A stretch of DNA of 64,000 nucleotides, taken from positions 24,426-88,425 of the forward strand of contig JBAPRH010000046.1 of the NCBI GenBank assembly GCA_049280995.1. The letters run 5' to 3'. Source of the stretch: Acidobacteriaceae bacterium. Its GTDB lineage: Bacteria; Acidobacteriota; Terriglobia; Terriglobales; Acidobacteriaceae. Positions within the stretch are counted from its first letter, which is position 1, and each line of letters begins with the position of its first letter. The notes beneath the pieces are model-generated. The model was given only the letters and a program-made list of their open reading frames with translations. It searched no databases and had not been told where the DNA came from. This document shows positions 59,690 to 64,000 of the stretch, piece by piece. A program made the translations under genes and the position numbers.

Positions 59690-60375
59690 TCTTTGCTCCA
59701 AGTACATCTGTCAAAGTACGCCTCAGCCCGCAGTCGCGCCCGCTCCAGCGCGTCGTTCAACTCCACGCGAACCGCTTCGAGCATCGCCGCATCTGCATCT
59801 TTGGGCGGCGCGGCAACCCGGCGAGCCCAGCTTACCGCCACCCGCGAGAACGGCTTCGGAATCAAAAAACGGTCCCACGACTTCAGTATCCATGCCCGCT
59901 CCGGCAGCAGGTAAAAGCTGCCGATGGATTCGCCGGTCATCTGCGCCAGCTTCACCGGGCCGATTTTCGTCTGGTAAATCGGGCCGCGCGGGCCATCGGC
60001 GGTGAAGATCGCCAGCAGCCCGCCTTCGAGCGCATTCTGCAAAGCCAGTAATCCCGCCGCACCACCCTGCGAGCTTGATGCGCGCACGCTGCCATAGCCC
60101 AGCAGGCCAAGCGTACGCGCAATCAGTTCGCCGTCAAAACTTCGACTTATCAGAATAGAGCAGTGGAACTTGCGGAAGTACCATCCGCAAGGCAACGCGC
60201 AGCGATGCCAGAAGCAGAAGATCCCTCGGTCCGCCGGCGTGGCCGGCACGGCTCCTTCTTCGGTGATGACTCTGAACCGCAGCGTCACGCCGATCGCAGC
60301 CAGCACCAGCGTGGTCAGCACCGGAACAATCCTGAGCGCGACGCGCTGGCCGAAGGAAAATCGCTGCTCGTCCAC
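59686..60375 (-). CDS. DUF374 / lysophospholipid acyltransferase family protein
   Basis: FWH, LISRSFDGE, RASS, TADGPRGP, SWDRFLIPKPFS. Confidence 0.9.
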   Translation of the reverse strand: MDEQRFSFGQRVALRIVPVLTTLVLAAIGVTLRFRVITEEGAVPATPADRGIFCFWHRCALPCGWYFRKFHCSILISRSFDGELIARTLGLLGYGSVRASSSQGGAAGLLALQNALEGGLLAIFTADGPRGPIYQTKIGPVKLAQMTGESIGSFYLLPERAWILKSWDRFLIPKPFSRVAVSWARRVAAPPKDADAAMLEAVRVELNDALERARLRAEAYFDRCTWSKE

Positions 60376-60378
60376 GGC

Positions 60379-61623
60379 CTAACTGTACCGCAGCCAGCGA
60401 AGCATTTCCGGCAGCGTCGCGCGCTTGCCGTACATCAGAATACCCACGCGGTAGAGACGTGACGAGAGCCACAGCACAATGTAGATTGACACCGCCAGCA
60501 GCGCCAGTGACAGCGCGATCTGCCACGCCGGAGGAAACTGCGCCGTGAACCGAAAAGCCATCGTAATCGGCGAGCAGGGCGGGAACATGGAGATCAAAAT
60601 CGACCAGATCGAGTTTGGATTGCCCAGGATGTAGACGAACATCCCGAAACTCAGCCAGACCGGCACAGCGGCCAGCGGGGCGTACTGCTGCAACTCCTGT
60701 TCGGTATCGCAAGTCGCCGCCAGCCCGGCGAAGAACGCGCTGTAGAGGGCATATCCCAGCACAAAATAAATGCAAAGCAGAACCACCTCGACGACCGACA
60801 CCTCAGGCTTTGCGTAGCTTCCCATCCAGCTACCAACCAGCGCGGAGCTCAACACGATGGCCCCAAGGACGATCCAGATGGCTATTTGCGTCATGCCCAC
60901 GGCTCCAATTCCGATGAGCTTCCCGGCCAGCATGTCGCTGGCCTTCACCGTCGCCAGCATCACTTCAAAAATACGCGAGGTCTTTTCCTGAATCACGGAC
61001 CGCCCCACGTTCATGCCGTACATCACAACGGTAAAGGTCAGCAGAAACGCCATCGCTTCGCCGAAAAACAGCGTGCTCAACGCGCTCGAAGGCGATTCCT
61101 TCCCCTCGCGATACAGCATGGTCTTGATGTCCACCGTCCCCGTCAGCGGAGCCACCTGGGCAGCCGGGATTCCCTCCCTCACCAGCCGATGCTCCACCAG
61201 CGCGTGGTTCACCGCCTTCTCTACCCGGTCGTCCGTCGTAAAGTCTCCCGCTGAACGCGAAACATACGTCGCCTGCACCTTCCCATCCGCCGACGGAGCC
61301 AGCCAGACAAAGCCGTCAATCTCCTTCCCGTCCATCTCCGCGTGCAGCCTCTGGCGATCGGCCGCCGTCGCCGGAGCCAGAATCTCCACCGTCATCTTTG
61401 CGTCTTTGTCGGCGACCAGTTGATCGCGCACCCGCGCCGCCAGGTCCTGGCTCTGCGCGGCCACCACAACGCGCTTGCCCGACCCCCAGTATTTTCCCGG
61501 AATAATCATCACCGCGGCAATGCCGACGAAAACCGCGGGAATCAGAATCGTCGTTACCTTGAAGGCTTTGCCGCGAATCTGCTCAAGGTACTCGCGTTTG
61601 GCTATCAGCCACATGCTACGCAT
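60379..61623 (-). CDS. ABC-2 transporter permease (NatB/YhaP-like)
   Basis: IAKREY, VIQEKTSRIFEVML, AGKLIG, LYRVGILMYGK. Confidence 0.92.
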   Translation of the reverse strand: MRSMWLIAKREYLEQIRGKAFKVTTILIPAVFVGIAAVMIIPGKYWGSGKRVVVAAQSQDLAARVRDQLVADKDAKMTVEILAPATAADRQRLHAEMDGKEIDGFVWLAPSADGKVQATYVSRSAGDFTTDDRVEKAVNHALVEHRLVREGIPAAQVAPLTGTVDIKTMLYREGKESPSSALSTLFFGEAMAFLLTFTVVMYGMNVGRSVIQEKTSRIFEVMLATVKASDMLAGKLIGIGAVGMTQIAIWIVLGAIVLSSALVGSWMGSYAKPEVSVVEVVLLCIYFVLGYALYSAFFAGLAATCDTEQELQQYAPLAAVPVWLSFGMFVYILGNPNSIWSILISMFPPCSPITMAFRFTAQFPPAWQIALSLALLAVSIYIVLWLSSRLYRVGILMYGKRATLPEMLRWLRYS

Positions 61624-62527
61624 CGATCTTCTCCCCCACAGTGCGAATAAAAATCTCCTCCAGCGAAGGCTCCATCAGCTCGAATCGATAGACAACGGCC
61701 TTCTCCATCGCCGCCCGCAGCAGATCCTGCGCGTCAGCGTGCGGCTCCAGCTGAATCTCCGCCTGTCCCGCGTAATTCTTGAAACTCTTCACCGCCGGAT
61801 GCTCCAAAAAGGAGGCGTCGCCCTCAAAGTTGATGACCACGTGGTCGCGCTCGTAGCGCGACTTCACCTCCCGCATGCCTCCGGAAAGAACCGCGCGGCC
61901 GCGGTGGATGAGGCAAATCGTGTCGCACAGCTTCTCCACCTGATCCATGCGGTGCGTAGAGAACAGAATCGCTCTTCCCGCTTTTTTCAAATCGAGCAGC
62001 GTGTCTTGGAGCAGCGACGTATTCACGGGATCCAGCCCGGAAAACGGCTCGTCCATCACGACGAGCTCGGGCTCGTGGATGAGCGTGGCGATGAACTGGA
62101 TCTTCTGCTGCATCCCCTTGGACAACTCCTCGGTCCGCTTCTGCGCGGCCTCCAGAATCTGCAGCCGTTCGCACCACTCATGCGCGCGGTGGCTGGCGAC
62201 ATCCGGGTCAAGGCCGCGCAGCCTGCCCACGAAGACCAGCTGCTCCATCACCTTCATTTTTTTGTAAAGGCCGCGCTCTTCGGGCAGATAGCCCACGCGC
62301 TTCAGGCTCTCGCGCTGGTACGGTTTGTCGAACAGCGTCACCGATCCGGAATCGGGCATCGTGATGCCGATCATCATCCGGATGCTGGACGTTTTACCGG
62401 ACCCATTCGGCCCGAGCAGCCCGAACATGCTTCCCGCGTCAATATGGAAGCTCAGGTCCTGGACAGCAATCTTGTTCTCGTAGGCCTTCGAAATTCGATC
62501 CAGCGCTACTACTGGCGGCATCTCCAA
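61616..62527 (-). CDS. ABC transporter ATP-binding protein
   Basis: GPNGSGKT, LPEERGLY, LSKGMQQK, MDEPFSGLDP, STH. Confidence 0.95.
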   Translation of the reverse strand: MEMPPVVALDRISKAYENKIAVQDLSFHIDAGSMFGLLGPNGSGKTSSIRMMIGITMPDSGSVTLFDKPYQRESLKRVGYLPEERGLYKKMKVMEQLVFVGRLRGLDPDVASHRAHEWCERLQILEAAQKRTEELSKGMQQKIQFIATLIHEPELVVMDEPFSGLDPVNTSLLQDTLLDLKKAGRAILFSTHRMDQVEKLCDTICLIHRGRAVLSGGMREVKSRYERDHVVINFEGDASFLEHPAVKSFKNYAGQAEIQLEPHADAQDLLRAAMEKAVVYRFELMEPSLEEIFIRTVGEKIDA

Positions 62528-62642
62528 TTCTCTCCGGATTCCTCAGTCTATCAGCGAGTCAGTCGCCAGCGATCAGGAGCGAGTTTCCCGTAAGCGCGAA
62601 GCGCGCGTGCCTGGACGGCCAGTCCTGCTATAGCATCGCAGT

Positions 62643-64000
62643 GTGGTTCAGCTCGACACTCCCGTTCAGTTCGTCAAAGGCATCGGGCCGCAGATTGCGA
62701 ACACGCTCAAGGAGAAGCGCATTGCCACGGTCGAGGACCTGCTGTTTCACCTGCCGTTTCGCTATGAGGACAGGCTCAATCCGCGCTCGCTCGCGGAGCT
62801 GAAGGCGGGCGAAATGGCCAGTGTGATTGCCGAGGTGCGCGGCTCCACGCTGCTGCGCACGCGCTCCATGCCGATCTTCGAGATGACGGTCGGCCAGGGT
62901 CTTTCGGCGATGAAGTGCATGTGGTTTCACGGCGCGTATCTGGACGGAAAATTCAAGGCCGGGCAGATGGTCGCGCTCTACGGCAAGGTGGAGCCGTCGC
63001 GATCCACGCGCAACTTCAAAATGATTCAGCCGCAGTTTGAGATCCTTCCCGAGAATCCCGGCGACGAGTCACATCTGCTGGAGGTCGGGCGAATCACTCC
63101 GGTCTATGAGTCGCTGAGCAGCAGCCGCCTGGCCTCGCGCTGGATTCGCCGCATCGTTTACAACCTGCTGGAAGAGTTGCGCGGGCACATTCCGGAGACC
63201 CTGCCCGCGGCCATGCTGGAGCGGCTGCGGTTGCCATGTCGCGAAGAGGCTTTGCGAGCCGCCCACTTCCCCGCTGCCGGCACACCGATGGCGCAGCTTC
63301 AGGCGTCGGCGACTCCAGCGCACCGACGGCTGATTTTTGAAGAGCTTTTCTACCTGGAATTAGGACTGGAGCTGAAGCGGCGGCGGATGCAGCAACGCGC
63401 CGGCTTCGCATTTGAAACCAACGACCGGGTTCGCGAGGCGATTCGGCAGGTGCTGCCATTTCACCCCACCGGAGCACAGAAGACCGCGCTGGGCGAAATC
63501 GTCGCCGACATGCGGAAGCCCGCCCCGATGCGGCGTTTGCTACAAGGAGACGTAGGTTCCGGCAAGACCATTGTCGCGCTTCAGGCGATGCTCGTCGCCA
63601 TCGAAAACGGCTACCAGGCCGCACTCATGGCCCCTACCGAAATCCTGGCCACACAGCACTACATCGCCGCGCGCAAACTGCTGGAGCGCTCGTCGCGGCG
63701 CTACCGGATCACGCTGCTGACCGGCTCGCTCGATGATACGGCGAAGAAACTGGCGCGACGGCGCATCTTCCACTGCGAAACGGACCTGGTCATTGGGACG
63801 CACGCGCTCATTGAGGAGAAGGTCGATTTCGGCAACCTTGGCCTGGTCGTCGTCGACGAGCAGCACCGGTTCGGCGTGATGCAGCGCTTTCGGCTGATGA
63901 AAAAGCCGAACGCCTGTGAACCGGACACGCTGGTGATGACCGCGACGCCGATTCCGCGCACCCTCGCCCTCTCGCTCTATGGCGACCTCGACCTGAGCGT
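62643..64000 (+). CDS. recG: ATP-dependent DNA helicase RecG (partial; runs off the window)
   Basis: Manual translation: VKGIGP...HLPFRYEDR, LLQGDVGSGKT, VDEQHRFGV, MTATPIPRTLAL. Confidence 0.96.
   Translation, partial: MVQLDTPVQFVKGIGPQIANTLKEKRIATVEDLLFHLPFRYEDRLNPRSLAELKAGEMASVIAEVRGSTLLRTRSMPIFEMTVGQGLSAMKCMWFHGAYLDGKFKAGQMVALYGKVEPSRSTRNFKMIQPQFEILPENPGDESHLLEVGRITPVYESLSSSRLASRWIRRIVYNLLEELRGHIPETLPAAMLERLRLPCREEALRAAHFPAAGTPMAQLQASATPAHRRLIFEELFYLELGLELKRRRMQQRAGFAFETNDRVREAIRQVLPFHPTGAQKTALGEIVADMRKPAPMRRLLQGDVGSGKTIVALQAMLVAIENGYQAALMAPTEILATQHYIAARKLLERSSRRYRITLLTGSLDDTAKKLARRRIFHCETDLVIGTHALIEEKVDFGNLGLVVVDEQHRFGVMQRFRLMKKPNACEPDTLVMTATPIPRTLALSLYGDLDLS

Overview
GC-rich chromosomal segment, most likely from an Acidobacteriota (Acidobacteriaceae-like) genome; this is inferred from gene content and lineage-typical small proteins. 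It is mostly housekeeping and envelope genes: pgeF, ihfB, proline dehydrogenase, a cold-shock protein, an NRAMP/MgtE-N pair, an RsbW/RsbV-type pair, lemA/TPM, oligopeptidase B, an MdtABC-OMF efflux operon, trxC, etfB/etfA, moaA, a deoxyhypusine-synthase-like gene, xseA, glmM, GH18, polA, queA, an ABC-2 exporter and a partial recG. There is also a 12.6-kb Wzx/Wzy polysaccharide locus with its own transaldolase, HddA-like kinase, HddC-like nucleotidyltransferase and epimerase. I recognised no rRNA, tRNA, CRISPR array, transposase or integrase. Most notable: (1) about 8 co-oriented GGGTGCCCC-headed REP-like hairpins in 44-49 kb that delimit small accessory genes and a low-GC piece of an apparent polymorphic toxin/immunity array, cut exactly at the repeats; (2) a stand-alone RNA polymerase omega-like small protein; (3) a candidate ECF-sigma-dependent CU-rich sRNA at about 547-698; (4) a possible higher-carbon sugar (heptose or octose) pathway in the EPS locus; (5) widespread leaderless-type promoters. 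Functional calls come from motif recognition only; no database searches were run.
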